From the NCBI RefSeq assembly GCF_009914755.1, contig NC_060937.1: a DNA stretch of 64,000 bases, one strand, 5' to 3'. The notes below the pieces were generated by a model. That model was not told the origin of the DNA, did no database searches, and saw only the letters and a program-made list of their open reading frames with translations. The position numbers were made by a program, and so were the translations under genes. The stretch is from the human T2T-CHM13v2.0 reference genome, Homo sapiens. Positions 25,331 through 39,358 of the stretch are shown here, piece after piece (within the stretch, counting starts at the first letter, position 1; every line of letters starts with the position of its first letter).

Positions 25331-27859
25331 TTTTAAAATTTCACAAATAGCAATTATAGTACTGCTACATTTTTCTTGAGATACGTAATATATTTAAGCG
25401 ATCTAAAACTTGGTTTAGTAGTGCATTACTTTTTAAAAAGCCATTCAAGATGGTTGTAATAAACTCAGGATAACTTCTAGGAAATGATTAGACAGCATAA
25501 TAATTTAAAAGAACATATGGAGAAAGCAAAGTTTATTCATACAACTAATGGTGAATATATAAATATGTATATATTTTGACATACTGTATGCTTTTAAAAA
25601 TTAGCAGTATTTTAAGGTTCTTGAAAATTAGATATGGAAATATGTTAAACATATAAAAAGCATTCTCTGTTTTCTCTCCTAAGATACTTTGAAACAGTTA
25701 CTAGTAAAAATTAGAGCTAAAACTTCTCTTCAATTCAGCAATACAAAATGAGTTTTTGAAGTAGAAGATATTTTGCCTTGGTCTGTGAGTGTCAGAGACT
25801 GAAATTTTCAACTGAAGTTAAAATGAGATGAAAGTTGATGTCATTTGTAGATGTACTCTAGGATGTGACTCCCTTGCAAGAAGACATTGTGAGCAGTTCG
25901 AATCAGGAATTTCTACTCCAGCTTGACTTGTAAGCGCAATAGACAGATAGTTTTACTTCAGTCTACCAATATAGTTTATAGCATTGCTGTAAGCCAATTT
26001 TATTCTCTTTTGACCACATACAAATTATTCCATATTTGCTATACCTGACCCTGAATCTCCTGGTATAATTCTTGTGATATGAAACAAGCTGAAGAAAGAT
26101 TTCTCCGTGGCAGGTTGCCCCTCCCCACTCTTTTTTGTTTAACAGTAAAACATAGCTGCTAAGGAAACTGCCATCTTAACTCAATTCAACAACATTCCTG
26201 TGTAGGCTTCTTCTTCGTCAGGAACAAACAATTAGTAACAAATGAAAGAGATCATTACATCAAGTGCCCTTTTAGATCACCCCAATTAAAACTTTAGCTG
26301 TATTTTAATTCTAAGATACCAAATTCTAATTTTCTGCTCTGATTGCTCTTGTTGACTTATCTTTGAAAGATGTACTCTGTGTGCAATGTCTAGAGATTAT
26401 TTAGCAAGATGCCAATGTTGGCACCACTTAATGTGTTGATTGGTTGTATTATCAGTAGCTGTTTAAAATAAATTACTATTAAACTATTATTGTCCTTGGC
26501 TGACAAAACACAATATTTTGGTGTTATTTAAATGTGAAACAATCATTATGAATAAACATGTTGAATAATGTTAAACTGCAACTCTAATTTGTGTAATTTT
26601 ATATTAATATTCGTTGTAAAGAATGAAGTTGCTGAGAGCATTTATGTTTACTGTTTCCTTTTGTTACAATTGCTGCTAATGTGACTAATGGTAATACATT
26701 ACCTATTCCTGCTGATTATGTCTGAAAAATATTAGCTTTTAGGATCCAATACTCTCTGGGACTACTTATAAGCTATATAAAATTAAATGTAATTTTTAGA
26801 CTTTGTATCAGTGCATATCAGTAGGAGTCCAGTGTGAACAAAAATCTGTACTAGAGCCAAACTGATGCATATGCAAAAGTATGTTACCGCCAGTGACAGC
26901 TCTGCTTCAAAAAATACAGAAAACGGATTAAATTTCAGTGCAGCAGGGGGCTGGGAAAAGCAATAGGATGTAGTGTTCAGAACATCTACAAATCTTTAGG
27001 ACACCATTGTAGCCATCAATGATAATAATACTTTCAGATTTGTGTAACTTCTGTAAAATTTCCAGGTTGATCACGTGCAAACGGTCACGTTAAATGCTGC
27101 ATCTCACTTGGACATGCAATATCCAGAAAATGCTGTGGCAAAAATGTGAATGACAAAAAACGATAGAAGGTTTAAAGCATGATTTTTTCTCCAAGGGGAG
27201 GATGGTTCTTAGGATACTGAAGTCGGTTAATGACAAGTCTAATGAAATACATTTTAAGTTTATGCCACAGCAATGGTGAGAGACAATAGTTGATTGACCC
27301 CAAATTTTTTTTCTGAGTGAGGCATAATGGTTGTTATACTACATAAATGTCATTGTTTTCTAAAATAATCTAATTTGTAAATTATTTTCATCATTTTTTA
27401 GAGATTGAGTTTTTTTTTTAAAGGGTACTGTATCTAGCAATGTTTCTACAGTTGATACGGCTTAGAAAGTACAATATCTGTCTATATAAGAAGACTTCAA
27501 ATAATACTGCTAAGAAACATTTCTTAATAACCTAGCTAGATCCTGGAGGAGAAGCTTACTTGATCCATGTTTGTATTTAACATAAATTTATTTCAGAATC
27601 AGACAATATCTAAGGTTTCTCGAGTGTCACTGAAACTCATGTGATAAAATTTGTTCTCAATAATGTGTTGCTTCTAATGAAATTAAAACACCTTAGTTGA
27701 AGAGGATTTTAGCAATCACCATCCTAACCAAATACTTTTAAAGATGAGAAAACCAAGATGCAGAAGAATCAAGAGACTGACTGAAAATCCCAAATACTGA
27801 GTTGAGTGTGCCTAGATCAGAACTGTCCAGCTACTTAGTCTTCTTTATTATTCTTTTAA

Positions 27860-28276
<417 letters not shown>

Positions 28277-28512
28277 CAACTGACACATTTTCAGAGAAGC
28301 TTTTGTAACAAAATATAATACCATACTCTTTAATGCTATGATTATTGTCCTGCAACGCCGATGTATGACAGGAACAAAGAAGAGAAGACTCATAATATAT
28401 AATTACGATTGAAAATAAAAACATATAATGTAGGGCCAATATATTTGATATTAGCTTCCCCATATTTTGAATTCAACGTCTATTTTGTTGGGGTTTATGC
28501 AAAGTCTTCTCC

Positions 28513-28800
28513 TAATTAATATTATATATAATTATATATTATAATTAAATTATGTATCAATAATTAAATTATGATTAAATTTAATGTTACAGTTAAAATT
28601 ATTATATTTATATAAAAATTAATATAATAAATAACAAATAATACCTTATAATAAATAATATATTAATATAATATAAATGAATACATAATAAAATTATAAT
28701 TACAATAATTTTTATAATTATAATTTTATAATTAAATTATAATTAAAATTATATATTAATGTAAATAAGGAAACTATTATTTTATTTTAAAATATATTGA
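28513..28800. repeat. Extremely AT-rich low-complexity tract
   Basis: About 290 bp composed almost only of A/T (ttata, taatt units). Confidence 0.9.
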
Positions 28801-28866
28801 AAAGTAAAGTAAAATTATTGGCCATGATATTGAAATGTAAAGAACTGAAGATAGATAATCAGAGTA

Positions 28867-29198
28867 CAGTCATTCACCTCCATAACAACTTTTTGGTCCG
28901 CAAGCATATATGATGGTGGTCCCATAAGATTATAATATCATATTTTTACTGTACCTTTTCTATGTTTAGACACACAAATACTTGCTATTGTGTTACAGTT
29001 GTCTACAGTATTCAATATAGTAATCTGCTATACAGGTACATAGCCTAGGAGCAATAGGGTATACTGTATAGACAGGTATATACTAGGCAATATCCTCTAG
29101 GTTTGTATAAGTGCATTCTATGATGTTTGCACAACTCTAAGACTGTCCAATGATTCATTTCTCAGAATGTATCCCCAGCATTAAGTGATGCATGACTA
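28867..29198 (+). mobile_element. Tigger3a/MER7-like DNA transposon (TcMar-Tigger), apparently complete
   Basis: TA|cagtcat...atgacta|TA termini; internal ggtggtcccataagattataat, tagcctaggagcaatagg and catttctcagaatgtatcccc. Confidence 0.85.
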
Positions 29199-29348
29199 TA
29201 GTTCAGTCTTATACTTAATTCTTTTTCATTTTCTTCCCACAAACACAGAAGTAGAGAATAATTCCTCCTAGATACCATGGTTGGATTATGTCCATTTACT
29301 AGGCTATAGTGAATCAATCTGGAGCTGCCATTTCTTGTGTGTGTATGT

Positions 29349-29642
29349 GTTTTTAAGATAGGGTCTCACTCAGTCACCCCAGGGTGGAGTGCAGTGGTGC
29401 CATCATAGCTTACTGTAGCCTTGAACTCCTGGGATCAAACCATCCTCCTGCCTCATCCTCATGAATATTAATAGCTGGGACTGTGGGCATGCCCCATCAT
29501 GCCCAGCTAATTTTTGTATTTTTGTAGAGGCAGGGTCTCCCTATGTTTCTCAGGCTGGTCTCAAACTCCTGGCCTCAAGTGGTCTTATTGCCTCAGCCTC
29601 CCAAAGTGCTGGGATTACAGGTATGAGTCACAGCACCCAGCC
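29349..29642 (-). mobile_element. Alu, AluJ-like
   Basis: Reverse Alu with agggtctcact, atcatagcttactgtagccttgaactcctggg and tttgtagaggcagggtctc. Confidence 0.92.
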
Positions 29643-29960
29643 AAGCTGAAGCTATTGTGGTTTTAACATATGTTTTAGGTCTTTCTTGTTTGCTTAATTC
29701 TTCCATGTAGGTAGACTATAGTGAACCAAACTCCAATCATATATCCCCTCATGGCAAATATCTTCAATGCTAACCTCACTCCTAACTAAATTTTATATTC
29801 TCTACTTAAACTTTACATTTTCACTTTTTAGTTATTTAACTATTCTTATTTTAATGTTTGTAAGCCACTTTTTAAAGCCTTTTTGTAACAAGATAAACAA
29901 AGTAAATAATTTGTTCACAACCCTATGTGCCAAAAGGTTCTAGATTTTAAAAAGTGAGTA

Positions 29961-30257
29961 GGCCCGGGCGCGGTGGCTCACGCCTGTAACCCCAGCACTT
30001 TGGGAGGTGGGTAGATTAGTTAAGGTCAGGAGTTTGAGACAAGTCTGGCCAACATGGTGAAATGCATCTCTACTAAAATGCTTTTTAAAAATTGCCAGGT
30101 TTGGTGGTGGGAGGCTACTCCCAGCTACTCAGGAGGCTGAGGCAGGAGAATCACTTGAGAGGCGGAAGTTGCAGTGAGCCCAGATGGTGCCACTGCACTG
30201 CAGCCTGGGCGACAGAGGGAGACTCCGTCTTAAATTTAAAAAAAAAAAAAGAAAAAA
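29961..30257 (+). mobile_element. Alu, AluS-like with small deletions
   Basis: ggcccgggcgcggtggctcacgcctgtaa...gaggcaggagaatcacttga...A-tail. Confidence 0.93.
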
Positions 30258-30532
30258 GAGTAAGCAGAATTATCCTTTGATCATGTTCTAATGGTAGCTC
30301 ATGTTTGACGGTGTCATATCCAGTTAACTGATACTAAAATTTTAGTCTCCTTACATAAAATCTCACAGGTTGTTCTCCATGGACAGGATTGAAAGAGGAA
30401 GCCATAATGAAAGATAGACCACAATGAAAAAAAAATGCCATATAGAAAAAATAAAAGCAATTCTAAAAATCAAAAACTGAACTGTATCCATATTCTTCAC
30501 TAAATTAAATTAGTTTTTTACTCTAGATATCT

Positions 30533-30743
30533 GTATCCATTATCACTTTTAATTTCTAAAACACTCAAATGTCAGGAAGTAGTATAGCTCAAGCAGTAAC
30601 AAAAATCTGGTGCCCAATTTTTTATATATATAAATTTTATAAATTTCTAAATATAAAATTTAAATATAATTTTTTATATATCAACATAGGATTTTTTTTA
30701 CAGGTCTTTTTTTTTCTTTTTACTTCATTCATTATAACTTTTC

Positions 30744-30774
<31 letters not shown>

Positions 30775-31230
30775 TAGCTGGAGGGAGTCTTGTTCTGTCG
30801 CCAGGCTGGAGTGCAGTGGCGCAATCTTGGCTCTGCAACCTCTGCCTCCCGGGTTCAAGTGATTCTCCAGCCTCAGCCTCCTGAGTACCTGGGACTACAG
30901 GCATGTGCCACCACACCCAGCTAATTTTTACATTTTTAGTAGAGACAGGGTTTGACTATATTGGCCAGGATGGTCTCAATCTCTGGACCTTGAGATCCAC
31001 CCACCTAGGCCTCCCAAAGTGCTGGGATTACAGTCATGAGCCACTGCACCTGGCTAACTTTTAATTTCTATAACACTTAAATGCAGGAATTCAGTATAGC
31101 TCAAATAGTTAACAAAAGTCTGGTGCCCAATTTTTATATATATGTACATTTTATAAATTTAAATTTTAAAATAAAAATTTAAACACAAAATTTTCACATA
31201 TAATTATAGTATTTTTCTATAGATCTTCTT
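30533..31230. repeat. Diverged ~190-bp tandem duplication interrupted by an Alu
   Basis: acttttaatttcta..acact.aaatg.cagga...agtatagctcaa..agt.aacaaaa.tctggtgcccaattttt occurs at ~30546-30620 and ~31057-31135, with similarity continuing downstream. Confidence 0.9.
30743..31054 (-). mobile_element. Alu, AluSc-like
   Basis: Reverse Alu with tgtcgccaggctgg and caggatggtctcaatctc; TSD taactttt on both sides. Confidence 0.94.
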
Positions 31231-31982
31231 TTAAAACACAAAGAAATAACTGACAAAAATTTAATTTTGATGATGATGTCATGGAAAGGACATCTGTGGT
31301 AATCATTACAAATTTAAAAATCCAGGCTTTTTAAATTATAATATATAAATTATTGATCATTAGAACAATAACACTTTATGAAAACACGTTATTTTAAAGG
31401 GTTTTTTGGTCATTAATTTTAATAAAAAATAACATCTTTAAAAAATGGAACTTTAAACTTACTACACAAAAAGTATGTACCATTTTGGCATAGAAAGCAC
31501 AGAACCCTATTATATATAATTGAAACTGCAGAGGAAATTGAGGTAGGCAGAATGTAATTACCCATATTAGAATTTGGACAGCAATCACATTTATACTGTA
31601 TACCTAATAATCCGGGGTCATGACTGTTTAAACATTCCATACCATTCCTATGATAATACCATAACTCAGTAAATGTGACAATAGTAAAAGAGTTAGCATC
31701 TGCAAGCTTTTGTAAAATGATATGAAATCATTACTAACAATAAATATGTGTGTGTTTGTATATGTATGTGTGTGTATATATATATTTATAATATACATGT
31801 GCATGAAATTCTGTAGGATTTTTAATTTTTATTTCACCTTGTGGGCACATATGTACATGCATGTATAAATATATGCATATGCATATTAGACATACATATA
31901 AATATATGATAACTGCATCTATATATACACATACATATAAGTAAGATTGAAGCGGACAAGCTAAATTAATTAATTAATTTAT

Positions 31983-31983
<1 letters not shown>

Positions 31984-32027
<44 letters not shown>
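31984..32027. repeat. (TATC)11 tetranucleotide STR derived from an Alu tail
   Basis: Perfect TATC run directly abutting the 3' end of the reverse Alu. Confidence 0.97.
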
Positions 32028-32330
<303 letters not shown>

Positions 32331-34163
32331 TAATAAAGCATTCTTATTTTGGGTGTTCTAACTTTATCAGTCCCAGATCCCTATAATTTGGGAATAGAAA
32401 TAAATTATTTAGCTTGTCTTGACCATTGTCCTTTTATCTACTCTTTTGAAAATATGTCTTGAAGGCATATGGTAGGAAAGGAGAGTATATTAAATCTAGA
32501 GCCACCTACAATGAGTAATTTGTCTAAAATGTGTACATTTTAAAGCTGGAGTGTTCTTTTTCTTCTTTTCTTTCTTTCTTTTATTTTTTCTTTTCTTCCT
32601 TCTGAAATAATTATAGTTCGAGGTGATGTGGATAACATTCCTAATCTGAGTATTTCTGGTCCGTAGAGTGTGGATGAATACTCCAAACTGAGAGGATTTG
32701 ACTTTGAAATGTAGTGGTCATATACAATTCAAGAGTCCATGTGTCAAACCTGCTCTTCAGATGAGCATGCTGTTTTACACTGATGAAACCCAGAAACGTT
32801 TTCTCTGCTGAAATTGAAATTAAATCCTCACTGACCTGGTTAAAGAGCTTTCAGTTAATGACAATCCATGCAAATAGCTTTTCTTTTGCTTCATATTGAG
32901 TTTTATACATAAGAAAATGAATTATTCCTTTACTTTTCAGAACATAAATTCAGAAATGTTAAGGGATATTTTCTGAAAACATTTACCTTAACATAAGAAA
33001 AATTCATTAAAAGCACTATCTTATAATAAACAATAATATGGGTGAAATTTAGAAAGAAAAGTCTTTTGTTTTATATAATCGACTATTTGGCCATGATTTA
33101 GTATAGGCTGGATTGATGATTTTCAATTACTGAGTTATAAAACCTTAAAGTTGAATACAGTTCTGGAGACTCTAATTACATTAGTATTAAAAAATGCCAT
33201 ATTAATAGATGAGAAGATATGTTACATTAAAGGCCTTCTGTTATGTCCTTGGAGAGGTAAATAAAATTAATTACATTTCCACTGGGGGAAACTTTAATAT
33301 GATAGGATATGTGTACAGAAAAATATTACTGAGGATGGAATGTTAGAGTAAAAGAATTTTTCTAAAAAGGAGCTTACCAGCACACTATCAGCAACTTCTG
33401 CCTACTACTCACTAGCTACCCAAATATGGAGAAGTAGATGACAAAAATCTCCATCTGGGGTCCACATGATCACTTCATGTGTGGGCAAGAAAATTATGCT
33501 TTCTTCTATCCCAAACACTCTTATTATCTTGGCTCCACACTCTATGTTATTGTTAACTGTAAGTATTTTTGATTCATAATGTACTGTACATAAAATATAC
33601 ATCCTGAGGACCACATAGGAAATCCGTGGAAAGTTTGGTAAGGCTTTTTGAAGTCTAGTCTTTGAAGAAATTCTATTAATTGAAACAAACTTATTTATGA
33701 AAGAAGGCATTTTTTTGGATTCTTCTAAATTAGACATATTTTAAATGACTAAACATATCATTTCCTCACTAGAAGGCCAGCAGTTTAAAAATAACTAAAT
33801 ATTTATTAGAACTAGTGTGCCGTTGTTTAGTAAAATCAGACAAACTTAAACAGTTAAATTCCTCCAATTAGTTGGTAATAAAGAGAGCATTTTAGACAGA
33901 ATGAATTTTAAAGGCCTATGTCATTTTCATCTAAGTTTTTATTATGGCTTAATATACATATATATGAATATATATATATATATGAGTATTTCTAAGCTAA
34001 TTTGATTAGTGTAACAGGTTTAAAATCTAAGTTGCTTGAAGAGTTTAATACCATGTTTCAGTCAGTCTAATGGGATTAAGTAGGAACAGTATAAATTTTG
34101 GAAAAAAAAAATCTACAACAGGGTGTTCCATATGTCTTTCTTCCAGGTTGTAAAAAGGCCTAC

Positions 34164-34315
34164 CTGTATGTTAGTCAGAAGAGTCTCGATGGAAGACAGT
34201 CCATCAGGAAACAGAAAAGGAGATGGAAAACCTGGAGGCAGTGGTTGTCCATGCCCAGTTAGAGAGAGTTTGTCAAGGCTGTCTCTTGCGGTTGGTGTAG
34301 AAAGCGGGGTCTCAT
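34164..34315 (-). CDS. DACH1: DACH1 internal coding exon (152 bp; phase 1 in, phase 0 out), start of DACHbox-C
   Basis: Minus strand acceptor ...tcacatgcag|ATGAGACC and donor ATACAG|gtaggc. Translates (D)ETPLSTPTARDSLDKLSLTGHGQPLPPGFPSPFLFPDGLSSIETLLTNIQ, recognised as DACH1. Confidence 0.97.
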
Positions 34316-37300
34316 CTGCATGTGATTGAAACAAAAATATAGAACAAGTTACGCTTGTCTGTTTTTATTAGACCTCAGTAATGGCTTCCCTAGTGGTTTC
34401 CAGAACATTTATTGCAAATTGGTTCCTGCTATCAGGAGAAAATGCTTTCTGCTGAATTTTCTTTAATGAAAAAGCTGTGGAGATACAACAAGATAACATT
34501 AATGAGTAACTTTATAAGCCTTTTAAATGCAGTCTCTAATGAGACTGAGTTTACAGTGCCATAGAATCTTTTTAAAACAAATATTATCTCATATATAGTT
34601 GTGATAATATATTCAGGCTGACTTTATGGGCACCTTCCCAATTATCTCCTTTTAGTTTGTTCTGTTTGGATTGACAATAGAGTATTTCTAGAGCTCCATA
34701 TAAGAGAGGGGCTTTGTATATTAGGAAGCTTCTTTCTCTATTAACCCTTCCTTTATATCAATGTTTGTTCAAATATATTCTTAAGGAATTTACAAAAGAA
34801 TGTAAAGTTAAAATCTTTCACTTTACACCTAAAAAGAAAAACTGGAATCCAAATATGTATTTCTAAATTATAACTGAATTATTCATCATCATTAAAATTA
34901 AAGACATAATTTTTTTGAACTTGAAGACCTTTTACCTTCATATTGAAAAATTATAGCTTCCATACATAAAAAACGGTATAAAGGAAGAGTAATAAAATGC
35001 TACTTCTATAACAACATTCAGGGAATCAAATTTAAAAATCCCTTCAAAATAAACTAGTCTTATTGAATATTCTTCAAATTTTTAAGCAATTTAGAGTAAC
35101 TCATGAATACAGATTCTTTTCACCTCTCACAGTGAAATCCTTTTATTCAGTTTTCTTTATTGTTTAACCATTTTTACAGTTTCACATAAGATAGATACAA
35201 GTTACGGCTTATTTTAGTTTATCATAATCACAGAGAAAATTTTATTCATGGCAGGATCCTCAGTTTTATAAATATTTTCATATTTCACCCCAGGAAAATT
35301 AATCAGAGCAATGTATTTGCACAGTCCCGATAGTATCTCTCAATTTTGCAAGTAGCTAAAAACTTCAGCACACTTGCCTTATGCTTATAATTTGATTCCA
35401 CTGTTCTCCTCAATCATTCTTTTATTTTTCATTACACCATCTAACCACACAACACGTTTTCCAATTACGTCTCTCTGGGGCAGAAATATTGTAGAAGCTG
35501 CCACACTTCCCTGTCCCTCACTAATGTCAGAACAAGTTAAATTCATCTCCCTCACCTTGCCACATTTCTAGTTAATAAACCAAAAGGAAAGAAAAGCTGG
35601 AGAGGGGAGTAACGGCCAGAAGGCCTCCTATTAACTCCTCTCACACTCACGACTTTGCAGTTTCTCCTTCTACTTCCTCCTATGTTAACTTACTGAGACA
35701 GATGATCTGAGGCAGCAAGTACTAGAGGAAGAAACAGAGTAAGCAAACTAAAGTAGGACTCATGTTATTTTTCTTTTTAATCACACTTGTCACCAGGGTT
35801 AAAGAAAGATGGCCATGCAGGGGCAGGGATGCTGCATGGCTAATGTGAGCAAGGTGATCTTGGACACCATTTACCTAGCTATCATAAATTGCTCTTCCAA
35901 ACCAAGGCTGCTAGTGTTTTCTCATAATAGCTCTGGAAAGGCACTTGTTAAACATATATGTGCATGTGAAATTGTTTAAGAATGGAGAGCAATATCTTTC
36001 GATCATCATCACCTTAGCTGTCACATGCTAAAGAAAATGTGGCTTAATAGATCATGGGGATAATAATTGCTTGTCTCTTGAAGAAAGGCATAGAACCAGA
36101 TGACCACCTGAAGTTGCTTTCAGCTTTAGAATCTATGATTCCACAATTATTAAAGACTGTCCAAGAAAATAAAGAATCATATGTATGTGTACACATTTAC
36201 ACACATTTAGGCTATAAGTTTCATCATCCCCATAATTATTTGATTTAACTTCAGTGCATTTATGCTTGACTACATTTGGCTGTTGTGTGGATTAAATCAT
36301 TAAATCACTCATGATGCATAAATTTATGTAGCCAGTATTTATTTAACATAAACAATGTGCTGGATACTGGAGATCAAATGCTAAAAACACAAACAGAAAG
36401 CCTCAAGAGGCTCATGTAGCCTAGAGTGACTGATTTCAATTGTTAAATAGCTAATTCCTATAGCCACTAATACAGTTTTCCTTCACTCATTATTTCTTCA
36501 GATACTCCATTTATCCAAATATAGCAGTAAAATTCTGTATATATATATGTACATGTGTGCGTGCATGCCTGTAAGCACATTTTTTCCTGCAGCTGTTTTA
36601 ATGGAACGCTCATTTTGGGCCTCGTGGTTTCAGCTGTATGAGAATAGGCTATTATTTGTTACAAACTTATCTAATTGGATTCCTTCATTTATCATCTTAC
36701 ATAGCGAAGAGACTACGTAAGGACGCTTTAATTCAATATGTACATAAGAAATTAGCAAATTTGGGGCAGAATGTTTAAGAAGCGAAAAAATGATTCTTAA
36801 AGTCAATACACAATTTTGAAAAGAACACAAACAAACTACTTGAAGATCAAACAAACAAGAATATTCCTTTGGGTCTCATGACCCTATTATCAGACATAAA
36901 GTTGTCATCTTGTGGCAATTAATATCATAGAAGATTTCGTTTAGCTCTTCCTACAAAGATTGTAATATTGGGACCATGGTTCCACCTTTTGAAATAAAAG
37001 TGACCTTTGATTTCCTAAATGTTCTAAGAAGATTAAAGCAAAAGTTTGAGAGGCCAATGTAGAAGAGAGTTTTGACATCACATAATCTCCACTGACTTCA
37101 AAGAGTGAATGATGATGAAATACAAATTCACAAAATACCTTATTCTCATTGATATATCTGTACATATTTCTAAGCTTATCTTTAAGAGAAAGTTGGCTAG
37201 TCAGATGTCATGATTTTTGGATTAGTATAGCATTTGACAATGTAATTTCTTGTTTTTTTTTGTTTTCTTAAAAAACATTTTACTTTAAAATAATTGTATA

Positions 37301-37347
37301 CTTACAGAAAAGTTACACGAATTGTACAAGGAATTCCTTCATAGTCC

Positions 37348-37818
37348 TGTAATGTGTGAATGGCTGACCGCAAACTATATGTTTATTCATACTTCCTGAC
37401 ATGTAACGACAAGTAATGTTATTTTACTTTAAAAAAGGGTTTTCACAGAGGGAATTAAGTTAAGATCTTGAGATGAGGAGATCATTTTGGTTTAGGATGG
37501 ACCCTAAATCCAATGGCAAGTGTCTTTTAAGACAAAAGCAGAGAAAGGTTTGAAAGAGGCAGAAGAGAAGACACAGAGAAGAGAAAAGGCAAAGTGAAAA
37601 CTAGGCAGATGTTAGAATGTTTCACCTACAGTTAAGGAAGGGAGACAACCACTGGAAGCTAAAAGAGATAAAAAATGGCCCTTGGAAGGAGCTCATTTCT
37701 GCTGACACCTTCATTTTGGACTTCTAGTCTCCAGAACTGTGAGATAATAAACTTCTGTTGTTTTAAGGCACCAGGGTTAAGGTCATTTGTTATGGCCAGC
37801 TCTGGAAAAGTAATAAAA
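37348..37818 (+). mobile_element. MaLR solo LTR, MLT1C-like
   Basis: aattaagttaagatcttgagatgaggagatcat..ggaccctaaatccaat..ctgctgacacctt..ttggacttctagtctccagaactgtgagataataaacttctgttgttttaag; degenerate 5-bp TSD agtcc/actcc. Confidence 0.85.
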
Positions 37819-37896
37819 CTCCAGTTCACCAATTGTTTACATTTTGTCACTTTTTTTTTTTTAAATTCTCTCTCTGCTTCTCTCCCTCTCTTGTTC

Positions 37897-37945
37897 TGTG
37901 TGTGTGTGAGTGTGTGTGTGTGTGTGTGAGTGTATGTGTGTGTGT
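37897..37945. repeat. Imperfect (TG)n microsatellite
   Basis: Visible TG run with interruptions. Confidence 0.92.
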
Positions 37946-38214
37946 ATGGTGTGAGGGAGGGTGCATATGTTTGAACCATCTTCCCCAATTAAGCCTTAAG
38001 ATTTCAGTGTATATTTCTTAAGTACAAGGACACACTCTTACATAAACACAGTCCAAAATCAGCAAGAATAACATATGAAGAATACGATGATTTAATCAAG
38101 AGTCCACATTCCAATTGTATTATTTTTGAGATTTTTTGTTTACGGTAGTTACATAACAAATATTTTAACTTTTTTGTGACATGTTCTTAATGAGTTTTTT
38201 TTTTTTTTTATGGG

Positions 38215-38726
38215 CATGTAGTAAGCACGAAGTGGCCTCTAAGAGGGACTGTGATGATTTCTTATCCTGTTAGTCACACCCTGTCTGGTCCTTTTCTCTT
38301 GACCTAACAAAAAGAATACAACAAACATGAGATGTCACTTCAGAGACAGAGATTTGGTTATAAAATGTCTAGCTTCCATTTCTCTCTCTCTTTCTTTTGC
38401 ATTGCTTGCCATGGGTCAAACCAGTTGACATGACATGAGACAGCCCTGTGGAGACGTACATGCAACAAGGGACTGAGGGCCAACCTCACGAGTTGGGTTG
38501 AAAGTAGATTCTTCCTAACCAGTTAAAGCATTAATGGCTGCAGCCCTGGCTGACAGGTTGATTGATTGCAATCCCATGAGACCTTAAACCAGAAGCACCC
38601 AGGGAAGCTGTACCTAGATTCTTGAGCCACAGAAACTGTAGGATCATAAATCCTACATAAATGTTTGTTGGTTTAAGCCACTAAGTTTTGGTATAACTTA
38701 TTACACAGCTATGGATAACTAAAACA
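38215..38726 (+). mobile_element. MaLR LTR, MLT1F/G-like
   Basis: cagccctgtggaga..ctgcagccctggctgaca..ccacagaaactgt..tttaagccactaagttttgg..ttacacagc..gataactaaaaca. Confidence 0.75.
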
Positions 38727-39358
38727 GTATGTAACTTTTTCTCTGGCAAATATAATAAAAATAACTTAAATGTTCAGTTAGTATTAGCTGCTTTGGACGT
38801 GGAACAACTTCTTTCTATTCAATTTCCTCATTTACAAAAAAATATCAGGTTAAATGAGACAAATGTAGGACCACACAAATGTAAAATTCCACATTTTCTA
38901 ATACTTTTTATAAAAATTTATAAAAAATTATTTAAGTGGGCTTCTCACCTATTATGATGAAGAGTAACAATGTATCAGTTTGGAGTTAGAAATTTTAAAA
39001 GTTTTAAAATTATTAATTTCAAAGATTTATGAATATCTATGTAATATCTGAAAAAGAATGAGTCATACAAGTAAAATTTCAGAACAAGTTATTAATTACT
39101 TAGGTTTACAAGCTCCACTTTATAAGATTCTTAAATTATCTTGTTTTCTTTTATTAAATTAGATCACAGTTCAGTCACCTATAAGGCAGCACTCCCAATA
39201 CCTTTGATGGCAAATCAGATGCAGCAAAAAGTGCATCTTCCTAGGAAAAAAATTAAGCACTTTCAAAAGATGCAGTAACTAGAATACTGTTATTTTTTAG
39301 AGGACTACACATGGGTAGGGTCTGGCAGTTATGCTAGTTCTCTACATTAAGTTGTTAG

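Larger units (their letters stand above)
37270..38125 (-). mobile_element. Old L1M (L1MC/ME-like) 3' fragment split by an MLT1 LTR
   Basis: aaataattgtatacttacagaaaagtt.. before the LTR, and ccagttcaccaattgtttacattttg..gtgtatatttcttaagtacaaggacacactcttacataa after it. Confidence 0.6.

Noticed and set aside
34123-34329. 68-aa plus-strand ORF
   Set aside because: Antisense shadow of the DACH1 exon, with a GTG start.
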